Shown: positions 51,733-62,660, numbered from the stretch's first letter. The stretch is DNA of 64,000 nucleotides from Flavobacteriaceae bacterium (GCA_050249695.1 JBFWQA010000002.1:449842-513841), one strand, 5' to 3'. Made by a program: numbers and translations. Notes: a model not told the origin generated them from the letters alone.

Positions 51733-51869
51733 ATGCCCGCCGGTCCGCCGCCGATCTCCGAAACCGGCATTGTCATCGCTTCGGGGCTGCTCTAGCCTTG
51801 CGATCGGACGCGCGCCGCCGAGGCGCCGCACGACATCAAGATCACCCATACGAGACGGATCATTCCCCC

Positions 51870-54167
51870 ATGAAATTCGGCATCGGCGCGGCGGCTAAAC
51901 GCACGGAAGACAGGGCCCTGACAACGGGCAAGGGCCATTATACGAGCGATGTTCTCCCGGCGAACGGCCTGCGCGCCGTCATGGTGCGCTCGCCCGTCGC
52001 GCATGCAACCTTCACGATCTCCGATGAAGCGATCGCCGATGTGGAAGCGATGGAGGGCGTCCACAAGGTATTCACCTACAGGGACGTCGCTCATCTCGGG
52101 CCGATTCCGTGCGGCTTTTTCGTGAAGAACCCGGACGGTCAAACCGCGACGGTCCCGGATTTCACCATCCTGCAGGAAGATACCGTGCGCTATGTCGGCG
52201 ATGCCATCGCGATGGTCGTCGCGGATACGCAGATGCAGGCGCGAGACGCCGCCGAGGCGCTGATGGTCGACTATGACGAGAAACCCGCCGTCGTCGACGT
52301 GCGGGAGGCGGTCAAGCCGGGGGCGCCACAGCTCTATGATCAGTACAAGAACAACACCGATTTCGATTACATCGTCGGCGACGAGGACGAGATCGCGGAT
52401 GTTTTCAAGAAAGCCGATCACGTCGTCACGCTGGATCTGATCAACAGCCGCGTCGTCACCAATTACATGGAAATCCGCTCCGCGATCGGCGAGATCGACC
52501 GCAAGGGGCGCTACGTGCTGACCACCGGGTCGCAGGGCGTTCACAGCCTGCGCACGACGCTCGCCAAGGCGATCTTCAAGGAACCGGCGGAGAACTTCCA
52601 TATTATCACGCCCGATGTCGGCGGCGGTTTCGGCACGCGGTTCGCCATCTACCGCGAATATCCGCTTGTCCTTCTGGCCGCGAAAGTCCTCGGCAAGCCT
52701 GTCATCTGGATTGCCGACCGTACCGACCATTTCCTCGCCGACTATCAGGGACGCGATCATTTCAGCCATGCCGAAATGGCGCTCGACGCACGTGGCAGAA
52801 TTCTCGGCATCAAGGTCGATACGCTGGCCAATCTCGGGGCGACGGTGGCCGGGCCGGGCATTCTCGTGCCGGCGCTCGGTTCGCACATGCTGCCGGGCTG
52901 CTACGACATTCCGACAATCTATTCGCGCGTGCGCGGCATCTTCACCAATACCGTGACGATTTCGGCCTATCGCGGCGCCGGCCGGCCGGAGGCGGCCTAT
53001 CTGATCGAGCGGCTGATCGACAAGGCCGCGCGCGACATCGACATGAAGCCCGAGGCGATCCGCCAGCGCAACTTCATCAAGCCCTCGCAGATGCCCTACA
53101 CGACGCTGATGGACCGCACCTATGACAGCGGCGATTTCGCCGGCCATATGAAACAGGCCATGGAGATTGCCGACTGGAAGGGCTTTGGCGGCCGCCATCG
53201 CGAGGCGAGGAAGCGCGGCAAGCTCAGGGGTCTGAGCCTGGCGACCTATATCGAGGCGTGTTCCGGCGGCGCCGCCGAAGCGGCCCAGGTCCGGCTGGAG
53301 CGCGATGGCGGCGTCACGATCATCATCGGGTCGCAGCACAACGGCCAGGGGCACCGGACCGCCTTCGGCCAGATCGCCGCCGAGCATCTCGGCGTATCCC
53401 TCGAACAGATCAGGCTCGTCCAGGGAGATACCGATCTGGTCGAAACCGGCACCGGCACCGGCGGGTCGCGCTCCGTTCCCGTCGGCGGCGCCTCGCTGAA
53501 CATAGCTGCCGGCCGTCTTGCCGAAACATTGCGCAAGCGCGCCGGCGACATGCTGGAAGCGGCCGCGGGAGATATCGAACTTGAGGACGGGGTCGCCCGC
53601 GTGGTCGGCACCGACCGCGAGGTCAGCCTCGCCGATGTCGCGGCCGCCGCGATCGATGCCGGCGACGCCGCCAGTCTGAGCGAAAAGGACGCATGGACGC
53701 CGCCGCACTTCACGTTTCCCAACGGCACGCATGCGGTGGAGGTCGAGATCGATCCCGATACCGGCCATATCGACATCGTCAACTATGTCGTCGTCGACGA
53801 TTTCGGCATGACGCTCAACCCGACTCTGCTGCTCGGCCAGGTGCAGGGCGGTGTGGCGCAGGGGCTCGGCCAGGCGATGCTGGAGCGGACCTATTACGAT
53901 CCCGACAGCGGCCAGCTTCTGACGGCATCCTTCCAGGACTACTGCATGCCGCGCGCGGAGGATTTTCCCGACATCCGCTTCGAGACACGCAACGTGCCCT
54001 GCAAGACGAACGCGCTCGGCATGAAGGGCGCCGGCGAAGCGGGCACGATCGGCGCGACGCCCGCGGTGATCAACGCCGTGGTCGATGCCCTGCACCGCCA
54101 CAACGGTCTCACCCATATCGACATGCCGATGACCCCGGAATCGGTGTGGCGGGCGGTCAACGCCTGA
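51870..54167 (+). CDS. Xanthine dehydrogenase/CO dehydrogenase-family molybdopterin-binding large subunit (no partner subunits adjacent)
   Basis: This is the 3' part of the fused ORF 51246..54167. MKFGIGAAAKRTEDRALTTGKGHYTSD...GGGFG...AYRGAGRPEA...GAGEAGTIGA. ATG at 51870. Confidence 0.88.
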   Translation: MKFGIGAAAKRTEDRALTTGKGHYTSDVLPANGLRAVMVRSPVAHATFTISDEAIADVEAMEGVHKVFTYRDVAHLGPIPCGFFVKNPDGQTATVPDFTILQEDTVRYVGDAIAMVVADTQMQARDAAEALMVDYDEKPAVVDVREAVKPGAPQLYDQYKNNTDFDYIVGDEDEIADVFKKADHVVTLDLINSRVVTNYMEIRSAIGEIDRKGRYVLTTGSQGVHSLRTTLAKAIFKEPAENFHIITPDVGGGFGTRFAIYREYPLVLLAAKVLGKPVIWIADRTDHFLADYQGRDHFSHAEMALDARGRILGIKVDTLANLGATVAGPGILVPALGSHMLPGCYDIPTIYSRVRGIFTNTVTISAYRGAGRPEAAYLIERLIDKAARDIDMKPEAIRQRNFIKPSQMPYTTLMDRTYDSGDFAGHMKQAMEIADWKGFGGRHREARKRGKLRGLSLATYIEACSGGAAEAAQVRLERDGGVTIIIGSQHNGQGHRTAFGQIAAEHLGVSLEQIRLVQGDTDLVETGTGTGGSRSVPVGGASLNIAAGRLAETLRKRAGDMLEAAAGDIELEDGVARVVGTDREVSLADVAAAAIDAGDAASLSEKDAWTPPHFTFPNGTHAVEVEIDPDTGHIDIVNYVVVDDFGMTLNPTLLLGQVQGGVAQGLGQAMLERTYYDPDSGQLLTASFQDYCMPRAEDFPDIRFETRNVPCKTNALGMKGAGEAGTIGATPAVINAVVDALHRHNGLTHIDMPMTPESVWRAVNA

Positions 54168-54340
54168 GCGCCCGGCCTCACCTCTGAATCGTTTCCCCGC
54201 CGGTCATCTCGGCGACACGAGCGCGGGGAACGATGCCGGAGCTTCCGGCTTCTCGACACAGACCGGCGAGTCACGGACAATCGCCGGAAACTGCCGCGTC
54301 GAGGCCGGGTCGGCCCGCCGGATTATGAGGGGAGGCATCG

Positions 54341-57300
54341 ATGGTCCAGCACGAGGCGGAACTTCTTCGAGCGCTGACGGAGGCCGCCGCCAGAGAGGCG
54401 AAAGCCCCCGCCGCGGAGCTCGATGCGCTGAGGAACTTCACCCGGCTCATGTTCGCCGACGGCGTGAACGAGGACGTCGCGCCCTACACGCCCGCCGAAC
54501 TGGCGCAGCTTGCCGGGAGCGCCTGGGCGTTCAGCCAGACGCGCGAGGCGGGAAAAGCCAAGGTCAGGGTCTACAATCCGCGTGCCGAGGGGGAAACCTC
54601 GCGCCTGCGCGATATCAGCGTCGTCGAAATCCTGAACGACAACATGCCGTTTCTCGTGGATTCGGCCATGGCCGAACTGGCCGAAGAGGGGCGGGAAGTC
54701 CTGCTTGTCGTGCATCCGATCGAGGCTGTGAAACGCGGCAAGACCGGCAAGCGTACGATGTTTCTGGGACGCGCCGGCGCCGCAGGCGCGGAAGCGCTGC
54801 GCGAGAGCCTCATTCATATTCACGTGCGCCGGATCGACAGCGATCTGGAGCGCCGCGGGATCGAAGCGCGGCTCGCCAAGGTGTTCTCCGACGTGCGCCT
54901 TGCCGTCGAAGACTGGCAGAAGATGCGCGAGCGTCTGGCGAAGACCATCGAGACCTACAAATCGGCCCCGCCGCCCATTCCGGTCGAAGAGATCGCAGAG
55001 GCGATCCAGTTCCTCGAATGGCTCGCCGACAACAATTTCACCTTTCTGGGCATGCGCGAATATGTCTTCAGCAACGGCGTCAATTCGCAGACGCTGGAGA
55101 CAATCGGGGAGAAGGGCGTCAAGGGTCTTGGCCTGTTGCGCGACCCGTCATTGCGGATTCTGCGGCGCGGCGACCAGTTCGTCACCTATACGCCGGAGCT
55201 GCGGGAATTCCTCAAGCAGCCCGTGCCGCTGCTGGTGACGAAGGCGAACGTCAAATCCACCATCCACCGCCGGGTCTATCTGGACTATGTCGGCGTCAAG
55301 ACGTTCGACGAGGAGGGCGTGCTCGTCGGCGAACTCAGAATTGTCGGTCTGCTGACCTCCAGCGCCTACAACCGGTCGGTGCGTTCCATTCCCTATCTCA
55401 GGCGCAAGGCGGAGCTGGTGATGCAGGCGGCCGACCACGATCCGGTCAGCCATACGGGCAAGGCGCTGTGGAACGTACTGGAGACGTTTCCGCGCGACGA
55501 GCTGTTTCAGATCGATATAGAGACCCTGGCCGACTGGGCCCAGACGATCCTCAAGCTGCACGAGCGACCGCGCATCCGCGTGCTGCCGCGGATCGACAAG
55601 TTCGACCGCTTCGTGTCCGTTCTCGTCTACGTGCCGCGCGACCGTTTCAACACGCAGGTGCGCATCAGGATCGGCGAGATGCTCGCCGAGGAATATCGCG
55701 GCCACGTTTCGGCGGCCTATCCGGCCTTTCCCGAAGGAACGCTGGCACGCGTCCATTTCATCATCGGCCGCCGTCATGGCGACACGCCGAGGCCCGACGC
55801 GGCGATGCTGGAGGACCGCGTTGCGGAGATCGTCCGTTCGTGGGCCGACAGGCTCGAGGAAGCGCTCGAGCAGCGCTACGAGACCCTCGTCGCGGGCGAT
55901 ATATTCAAACGCTATCGCGATGCCTTTTCTCCCGCGTATCGGGGTGTCTTCGCGGCCGAAAGCGCCATCGACGATATCGAGCTCGTCGAAAAGCTTTCCG
56001 AGAACCGGCCGCTGATCATCAGGTTCCACAAGCGCCTCGAGGACGGACACAGGCGCATTGCCCTGAAACTCTTTCACCGCGGCCATCCGATCCCCCTGTC
56101 GCAGCGCGTGCCGATCCTGGAGAATCTCGGCTTCCGGGTGATCGACGAGCGCTCGTTCAGCGTCGACAAGCCGCTCCAGACCGGCAGCGAACCGGTATGG
56201 ATGCACGACATGGTGCTGGAGGCCCGGTCCGGAGAGATCGACCTCGATGCGCTCGCGGAGCCGCTACAGGCGAGCTATATGGCCGTGGCCGAGGGGCGTG
56301 CCGAAAACGATGGCTACAACGCGCTTACCGCCGTCGCAGGCGCGGGCTGGCGCGATGTCGCGATGATCCGAGCCTACAGCCGCTATCTCAGGCAGATCCG
56401 CGTCCCCTATTCGCAGGATTACATGTGGACGACGCTGGCCGCGCATGGCTCGCTGGCGAAACTGCTCATCGAGCTGTTCCACGTATCGCACGATCCGGCG
56501 CGTGGCGCGGAGGATCGCGGCGCGATCCTCAGAGCGATCGAGGACGGCCTGCAAGGCGTGCCGAGCCTTGACGAGGATTCGATCCTCAGGCGCTTCGTCA
56601 ATCTGATCACCGCCACGGTCAGGACGAATTTCTTCCAGCTCGACGCGCACGGGCAGCCACGCAACACGATCGCCTTCAAATTCGACGGCGCGAAGGTCGA
56701 CGGCATGCCGGCGCCGCGCAGCTTCAGGGAGATTTTCGTCTACAGCCCGCGCGTGGAGGGCGTTCATCTGCGATTCGGCAAGATCGCCCGCGGCGGGCTC
56801 CGCTGGTCGGACAGGCCGCAGGACTTCCGCACCGAGGTGCTGGGTCTTGTCAAGGCGCAGCAGGTCAAGAACGCCGTGATCGTACCCGTCGGTTCCAAGG
56901 GCGGGTTTGTTCCCAAGCAACCGCCGGCATCCGGCAACCGCGACGACGTGCTTGCCGAGGGTATCGCCTGCTACAGGCTTTTCGTTTCCAGCCTGCTCGA
57001 CATCACGGACAATCTCGATCTCGACAAGGTCCTGCCGCCCGATCGTGTCGTGCGTCACGATGGCGACGATCCCTATCTCGTGGTCGCAGCGGACAAGGGT
57101 ACGGCAAGCTTTTCCGACATCGCCAACGGCATTTCGCTCGATCATGGCTTCTGGCTGGGCGATGCTTTCGCCAGCGGCGGATCGGCGGGCTACGACCACA
57201 AGAAGATGGGCATCACCGCGCGCGGCGGCTGGGAGGCGGTGAAACGGCACTTCAGGGAAATGAACGTCGACATCCAGACGACGCCCTTTTCCGTCATCGG

Positions 57301-59167
57301 CGTCGGCGACATGTCGGGCGACGTCTTCGGCAACGGCATGCTGCTGTCGAAGAAGATCCGGCTGGTGGCCGCCTTCGATCATCGCGACATCTTCATCGAC
57401 CCAAGGCCCGACGAGGAAAGAAGCTGGGAGGAGCGCAAGCGGCTCTTCGAACTGCCGCGTTCCAGCTGGCAGGACTACGACCGCAAGCTGATATCGAAAG
57501 GCGGCGGCGTTTTCAGCCGGAAGGAGAAATCGATCAAGCTCACGCCGCAGATCCGCGAACTGCTCGGCATCGACAGCGACGCGCTGGCGCCATATGCGCT
57601 GATATCGGCAATCCTCAAGGCCAGGGCGGACCTCCTGTGGTTCGGCGGGATCGGCACATATGTCCGCGCGAGCAGCGAGAGCGACGATCAGGTCGGCGAC
57701 AGGGCGAACGATATCCTGCGCGTCGCGGCATCCGAGCTTAACGTCACCGTCATCGGCGAGGGCGCCAATCTCGGGGTGACGCAGCGCGGGCGGATCGAAT
57801 TCGCGCTGGCGGGCGGACGCATCAACACCGACGCCATCGACAACTCCGCAGGCGTCAATTCCTCCGACATGGAAGTCAACATCAAGATCGCGCTCGGCAC
57901 CGTGGTGCGCGAGGGTTCGCTGAGCACGGCGCAGCGCAACAGATTGCTGGCCGACATGACCGGGGAAGTGGCAGGACTCGTCCTGCGCAACAACTATCTT
58001 CAGACCCTTGCGATCAGCCTTGCGGAACGCCGCGGCGCGGAGGAAGCCGGATTTCTGCGCCGGCTCATGCGGACGCTGGAGGCCGGCGGGCGGCTGGACC
58101 GGCAGATCGAATTCCTGCCGGCCGATCCGGCGATCGTGGAGCGCATGGCACGCGGCGAAGGCTTCACGCGGCCGGAACTCGCCGTGCTGCTCGCCTATGC
58201 GAAGATCGACCTTTTCGACAAGCTGCTGGAAAGCTCCGTTCCGGACGATCCCTATCTCGGCCGCGAGCTGATGCGCTATTTCCCGAAGCGCCTGCAGAAG
58301 AAATTTCCCAATGCGATCCGCGACCACCGGCTGCGGCGGGAGATTATCGCGACGGTGCTGTCAAACAGCATGATCAATCGCGGCGGTCCGAGTTTCGCAA
58401 CCAGGATAGCCGATCAGACCGGCGCCAGTTCGGACGAGATCGCCCGCGCCTTCGCCGTCGCGCGCGACAGCTTTCAGCTCGGCGACATCATCGCAGCTAT
58501 CGATGCGCTCGACAACGAGATCGGCGGCGACGTCCAGCTGCAGCTCTACACGCAAGTGCAGAGCCTGTTGATCGGCCAGGTCGCCTGGCATGTCACGAAC
58601 GACGATCCGGAAGGGCCGCTGGAAGAGGATGTCTCCCACTACAAGAAGGGCATCACCGAATTGACCCGAGCGATCGACAAGGTGATCCCCGACGCCATGC
58701 TCCTGTCGCTTCGGGAGCGTCAATCCGGATACGAGACGGCGGGCGTGCCGGCGGCATTGGCGCGGCGGGTCGCGCTGTTCGGGCCGCTGTCCCAGGCCGG
58801 CAACGTCATCATGACCGCCGATACGGCGAACAAGCCGCTGGCGCAGGTCGCGGAGACCTATTTCGCGGCCGGCGCGGCCTTCACCGTCGACAGGCTCGTC
58901 GACGCGGCGCACACGCTGCACCTGCCCGACTATTACGACCGCCTCGCGCTGAACCGGACGCTCGACTCGCTGGCGGCCGCGCAGCGCGCCATCACCGCCC
59001 GATCGTTGGGGGCGGGAAAGGGCGCCGCCGGGGTGGAGGCCTGGATAGAGGCCTGCGGACACGACGCCCAGCGCGCGCGCAGGATGATCGGCGACATCGC
59101 CAGCTCGCCGCTGACGCTGTCGCGGCTCTCCGTCGCCGCGGGACTGCTCGGTGACATCGTGCGATGA
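54341..59167 (+). CDS. Large NAD-specific glutamate dehydrogenase (about 1600-aa Bac_GDH family)
   Basis: ORF 54341..59167, 1608 aa. The catalytic region is GGLRWSDRPQDFRTEVLGLVKAQQVKNAVIVPVGSKGGF...AADKGTA...GYDHKKMGITARG. Confidence 0.93.
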   Translation: MVQHEAELLRALTEAAAREAKAPAAELDALRNFTRLMFADGVNEDVAPYTPAELAQLAGSAWAFSQTREAGKAKVRVYNPRAEGETSRLRDISVVEILNDNMPFLVDSAMAELAEEGREVLLVVHPIEAVKRGKTGKRTMFLGRAGAAGAEALRESLIHIHVRRIDSDLERRGIEARLAKVFSDVRLAVEDWQKMRERLAKTIETYKSAPPPIPVEEIAEAIQFLEWLADNNFTFLGMREYVFSNGVNSQTLETIGEKGVKGLGLLRDPSLRILRRGDQFVTYTPELREFLKQPVPLLVTKANVKSTIHRRVYLDYVGVKTFDEEGVLVGELRIVGLLTSSAYNRSVRSIPYLRRKAELVMQAADHDPVSHTGKALWNVLETFPRDELFQIDIETLADWAQTILKLHERPRIRVLPRIDKFDRFVSVLVYVPRDRFNTQVRIRIGEMLAEEYRGHVSAAYPAFPEGTLARVHFIIGRRHGDTPRPDAAMLEDRVAEIVRSWADRLEEALEQRYETLVAGDIFKRYRDAFSPAYRGVFAAESAIDDIELVEKLSENRPLIIRFHKRLEDGHRRIALKLFHRGHPIPLSQRVPILENLGFRVIDERSFSVDKPLQTGSEPVWMHDMVLEARSGEIDLDALAEPLQASYMAVAEGRAENDGYNALTAVAGAGWRDVAMIRAYSRYLRQIRVPYSQDYMWTTLAAHGSLAKLLIELFHVSHDPARGAEDRGAILRAIEDGLQGVPSLDEDSILRRFVNLITATVRTNFFQLDAHGQPRNTIAFKFDGAKVDGMPAPRSFREIFVYSPRVEGVHLRFGKIARGGLRWSDRPQDFRTEVLGLVKAQQVKNAVIVPVGSKGGFVPKQPPASGNRDDVLAEGIACYRLFVSSLLDITDNLDLDKVLPPDRVVRHDGDDPYLVVAADKGTASFSDIANGISLDHGFWLGDAFASGGSAGYDHKKMGITARGGWEAVKRHFREMNVDIQTTPFSVIGVGDMSGDVFGNGMLLSKKIRLVAAFDHRDIFIDPRPDEERSWEERKRLFELPRSSWQDYDRKLISKGGGVFSRKEKSIKLTPQIRELLGIDSDALAPYALISAILKARADLLWFGGIGTYVRASSESDDQVGDRANDILRVAASELNVTVIGEGANLGVTQRGRIEFALAGGRINTDAIDNSAGVNSSDMEVNIKIALGTVVREGSLSTAQRNRLLADMTGEVAGLVLRNNYLQTLAISLAERRGAEEAGFLRRLMRTLEAGGRLDRQIEFLPADPAIVERMARGEGFTRPELAVLLAYAKIDLFDKLLESSVPDDPYLGRELMRYFPKRLQKKFPNAIRDHRLRREIIATVLSNSMINRGGPSFATRIADQTGASSDEIARAFAVARDSFQLGDIIAAIDALDNEIGGDVQLQLYTQVQSLLIGQVAWHVTNDDPEGPLEEDVSHYKKGITELTRAIDKVIPDAMLLSLRERQSGYETAGVPAALARRVALFGPLSQAGNVIMTADTANKPLAQVAETYFAAGAAFTVDRLVDAAHTLHLPDYYDRLALNRTLDSLAAAQRAITARSLGAGKGAAGVEAWIEACGHDAQRARRMIGDIASSPLTLSRLSVAAGLLGDIVR

Positions 59168-60534
59168 GGACAAAGGCGGGGGGCGAGGCGGCGGCGCGGC
59201 GCATGCGGGGCGCCTGGGTTCTCTTCGACTGGGCGGCGCAACCTTTCTACACGGTGATACTCACCTTCATCTTCGGTCCCTATTTCGTCTCCCGCGTCGC
59301 CGACAATCCGGTTGAAGGTCAGGCCCTGTGGGGCGCCGCCGCCGCCGCCGGCGGCATCGTCATCGCGATCCTGAGCCCCGTGCTCGGCGCCATTGCCGAT
59401 CAGGGCGGGCGGCGCATGAGATGGATCGCGCTCTTTTCCGCGGCGCTGGTTACGGGCTCGGCCGGTCTCTGGTTCGCCGTTCCGGACGCCGCGGCAGGCA
59501 CCGTCTATCTCGTCCTCGGCGCCTTCGTGCTCGCCATGCTGGGCGCGGAATTCGCAACCGTCTTCACCAACGCGATGCTGCCCGACATCGCCCCGCCCGG
59601 CGGCGTCGGCCGGCTGAGCGGCCTTGGCTGGGGCGTCGGCTATCTCGGGGGCCTCGTCAGCCTGTTCATCATGCTCGCCTTCATTGTCGCGGCGCCCTCG
59701 AGCGGGCGCACGCTGGCGGGACTTGCGCCGTTGCTGCCTGAAACCATCCCCTTCGCCGGGGAACGGGCGAGCGGTCCGTTGAGCGGTCTGTGGTATCTCA
59801 TCTTCGTGCTGCCGCTGTTCGCATTCGCCCCCCGCGACACACGCCGACAGCCCGCGGCAGCCGGATTTGCCGCCGCGCTCGGGGCGCTCGGACGAAGTCT
59901 GAGGTCCTATGGATTTCACTCGCTCTACATACGCTTCCTGTTCGCGCGCATGATCTATGCGGACGGGCTTGCCGCGCTTTTCACCTTCGGCGGCGTCTAT
60001 GCCGCTTCCGTGTTCGGCTGGGGCGCGACCGAGCTCGGGCTCTTCGGCATCCTGCTGACGCTCACCGGTGCGGGCGGCGCGATCGCGGGCGGACGTGCGG
60101 ATGAACGTTTCGGGCCACGCCGTGTGATCGTTGTCTCGCTTGCGGCACTCGCGATGCTCGGCGTGCTGGCCCTGTCGGCGGGACGCGGTCACATATTGTT
60201 TCTCGTCGAAGTGCGGCCGGCGGGCGAAGGGCTGTTCTCGGGCCCCGCGGAGCGGTTCTATCTCATCGTGGGCGCGCTGATCGGCGCTTTCGCCGGTCCG
60301 GTCCAGGCGGCGAGCCGCAATGTGGTGACAAGGCTCGCCCAGCCCGGCCGCATGACCGAGGCGTTCGGTCTTTTTGCGTTCTCAGGCAAGGCGACGGCGT
60401 TTCTTGCGCCGGCCCTCGTCGCGGCGGTGACGACGGCGAGCGGCAGCCAGAGCACGGGCATCGCCGTCATCATCGTGTTCCTGCTTGCGGGTCTGGCGCT
60501 GTTTGCAAGGATACCGATCGCGACTTCGCGATGA
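59164..60534 (+). CDS. MFS transporter, UMF1/Atg22-like family
   Basis: ORF 59164..60534. WVLFDWAAQPFYTVILTFIFGPYF, with about 12 TM segments. The ATG overlaps the GDH stop (ATGA). Confidence 0.85.
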   Translation: MRTKAGGEAAARRMRGAWVLFDWAAQPFYTVILTFIFGPYFVSRVADNPVEGQALWGAAAAAGGIVIAILSPVLGAIADQGGRRMRWIALFSAALVTGSAGLWFAVPDAAAGTVYLVLGAFVLAMLGAEFATVFTNAMLPDIAPPGGVGRLSGLGWGVGYLGGLVSLFIMLAFIVAAPSSGRTLAGLAPLLPETIPFAGERASGPLSGLWYLIFVLPLFAFAPRDTRRQPAAAGFAAALGALGRSLRSYGFHSLYIRFLFARMIYADGLAALFTFGGVYAASVFGWGATELGLFGILLTLTGAGGAIAGGRADERFGPRRVIVVSLAALAMLGVLALSAGRGHILFLVEVRPAGEGLFSGPAERFYLIVGALIGAFAGPVQAASRNVVTRLAQPGRMTEAFGLFAFSGKATAFLAPALVAAVTTASGSQSTGIAVIIVFLLAGLALFARIPIATSR

Positions 60535-60668
60535 AGCGGCCGCGAGCGTTCTGACGTTTTCGTGAGGTGCCGATTCTTTCCGGAACATCCCGCCGGGGCG
60601 GGGATTGTCCCTTGCAAGGCGCGCGACGGCAAAGCGGCGCGTCACAACCTGCAAGAAAGGAAACCCCC

Positions 60669-61019
60669 ATGACCTTCAAGACCCTTACGGCCATTCTGCT
60701 CGCGGCCGGCCTTGCCTCGCCGGCGCTCGCGCAGAGCGCGGCATCGGACAACGCGACCGCGAAGAGCCCTGTCATCGACACTTGGGATCAGGATGTCCGC
60801 GGCTCGTTCTTCAAGGACCAGAAGAGCTACACGCTCTATCCGCAGGAAGAGGCGATGGGCAATTTCGCCAATCTGTCGGATGCCCAGAAGGAGCGCGTGC
60901 GGCAGGAATGCATGACCGCGCCCAATACGGAAATCAACCCGGCCGACGCCGCCAAGGAGCGCGATCAGGCGTTCAACACGCTGTGCCTGTGGGTGCGGGG
61001 TGAGCCCAAGGCCAACTAG
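60669..61019 (+). CDS. Small secreted protein of unknown function
   Basis: Within ORF 60567..61019. It has the signal peptide MTFKTLTAILLAAGLASPALA. ATG 60669 is preceded by AAGGAAA. A strong terminator follows. Confidence 0.6.
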   Translation: MTFKTLTAILLAAGLASPALAQSAASDNATAKSPVIDTWDQDVRGSFFKDQKSYTLYPQEEAMGNFANLSDAQKERVRQECMTAPNTEINPADAAKERDQAFNTLCLWVRGEPKAN

Positions 61020-61042
61020 GCCGGCTGCGGATTTTCAGACAT

Positions 61043-61079
61043 CGCCCCGGGGACGCCATTCGTCTCCGGGGCGTTTCTT
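61043..61079 (+). terminator. Rho-independent terminator
   Basis: CGCCCCGGGGAC-GCCATTC-GTCTCCGGGGCG forms a 12-bp stem with one G-U pair, followed by TTTCTT. It sits between convergent genes. Confidence 0.75.
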
Positions 61080-61082
61080 GCG

Positions 61083-62660
61083 TCAGTGCCGGAAATGCCG
61101 CATGCCGGTGAAGAGCATCGCGATACCGGCCTTGTCGGCGGCCTCGATCACTTCGCTGTCACGCATGGAGCCGCCGGGCTGGATGACGGCCGTCGCCCCT
61201 GCGGCGACAGCGGCCATCAATCCGTCGGCGAAGGGAAAGAACGCGTCGGAAGCGACGACGGAACCCTGCGTCAGGGGCACCGCACCTTCGCCGGCGGCAT
61301 CCTCGGCCTTGCGGGCGGCGATCCGCGCGGAATCGACGCGGCTCATCTGCCCCGCGCCGATGCCGACCGTCGCGAGGTTCCTGGCATAGACGATGGCGTT
61401 GGACTTGACGTGCTTGGCAACGCGCCAGGCGAACAGCAGGTCGGCGCGCTCGGCATCCGTGGGCGCGCGTTTCGTCGCCACCTTGAGATCGAGACCCGTC
61501 AGCGTGCCGCTGTCGCGGCTCTGCACCAGCAGGCCGCCGGCGACGTTGCGGATCGAAAGGCCCGGCGCGCCGGCGTCCGGCAATCCCTCCGTCAGCAGCA
61601 GGCGCAGGTTCTTCTTGGCCGCGAAGATGGCGAGCGCCGCCTCGTCGGCGCCGGGGGCGATCACGACTTCGGTGAAGATGCCGGTAATCGCTTCCGCGGC
61701 CGCCGCGTCGAGCGGGCGATTGGCCGCGACGATGCCGCCGAAGGCGCTGACCGGATCGCAGGCATGGGCACGGTGATAGGCTTCGACGAGCGACGCACCG
61801 GTCGCGACGCCGCAGGGATTGGCGTGCTTGATGATGGCGATGGAGGGCTTGTCCCGATCGAATTCGGCGACCAGTTCGAAGGCCGCGTCGGTGTCGTTGA
61901 TATTGTTGTAGGACAGCTCCTTGCCTTGAACGACGCGGGCCGACGCGACGCCCTGGCGTTTGGGCGCGCTGGCGTAGAAGCGGGCGGACTGATGCGGATT
62001 TTCGCCATAGCGCAACGTCTGGAGTAGCCTGCCGCCGACCGCAAACCATTCGGGCGCCTCGACGCCGGCCTGCTGGTTGAGCCAACCGGAAATGGCCGCA
62101 TCATAGGCGGCGGTGCGCGAGAAGGCCTTTGCGGCGAGACGGCGGCGCGTCGACAGGGTGACGCCGCCGCCTGCGATCTCGCCCCCGACAGTCGCGTAGT
62201 CCCCAGGATCGACGATCACGACAAGACCGGAATGGTTCTTTGCCGCAGCCCGGATCATCGCGGGGCCGCCGATGTCGATGTTCTCGATGGTCTCGTCAAA
62301 GCCCGCGCCCTTCTCCACCGTCGCCTCGAAGGGATAGAGATTGACCACCAGCAGATCGATCGGCCGGATGCCGAGGGCTCCGATCGCCTGCATGTGCTCG
62401 CTTCTGGCCCGGTCGGCCAGCAGGGCGCCGTGGATCGCCGGATGGAGGGTCTTGACCCTGCCGTCCATGATCTCGGGAAAGCCGGTAACCTCAGAGACGT
62501 CGGTCACCTCGATGCCGGCCTCGCGCAGCGACCGGGCGGTGCCGCCGGTGGAGAGGATCTCCACGCCCATCCCGGCGAGGCTGGCGGCGAATTCGATGAT
62601 GCCGGTCTTGTCCGACACCGAGATGAGCGCCCGGGAAACGGCGATTGAGTGGTCGGCCAA
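61083..62660 (-). CDS. purH: Bifunctional AICAR transformylase / IMP cyclohydrolase PurH
   Basis: ORF 61083..62660. [10 protein letters not shown]...STGGTA...GRVKTLHP...[11 protein letters not shown] start, preceded by GGAGG. Confidence 0.96.
   Translation of the reverse strand: MADHSIAVSRALISVSDKTGIIEFAASLAGMGVEILSTGGTARSLREAGIEVTDVSEVTGFPEIMDGRVKTLHPAIHGALLADRARSEHMQAIGALGIRPIDLLVVNLYPFEATVEKGAGFDETIENIDIGGPAMIRAAAKNHSGLVVIVDPGDYATVGGEIAGGGVTLSTRRRLAAKAFSRTAAYDAAISGWLNQQAGVEAPEWFAVGGRLLQTLRYGENPHQSARFYASAPKRQGVASARVVQGKELSYNNINDTDAAFELVAEFDRDKPSIAIIKHANPCGVATGASLVEAYHRAHACDPVSAFGGIVAANRPLDAAAAEAITGIFTEVVIAPGADEAALAIFAAKKNLRLLLTEGLPDAGAPGLSIRNVAGGLLVQSRDSGTLTGLDLKVATKRAPTDAERADLLFAWRVAKHVKSNAIVYARNLATVGIGAGQMSRVDSARIAARKAEDAAGEGAVPLTQGSVVASDAFFPFADGLMAAVAAGATAVIQPGGSMRDSEVIEAADKAGIAMLFTGMRHFRH

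Noticed and set aside
56264-58327. 687-aa minus-strand ORF inside the NAD-GDH gene, plus similar ones at 55148..56206 and 58361..59173
   Set aside because: They are antisense shadows of the giant GDH gene. Such antisense translations have been mis-annotated as proteins in high-GC genomes. No independent signals (RBS, motifs) support them.
60590-60612. Hairpin CCCGC-CGGG-GCGGG after the MFS gene as a terminator
   Set aside because: The stem is short and no U-tract follows, so it was not called.
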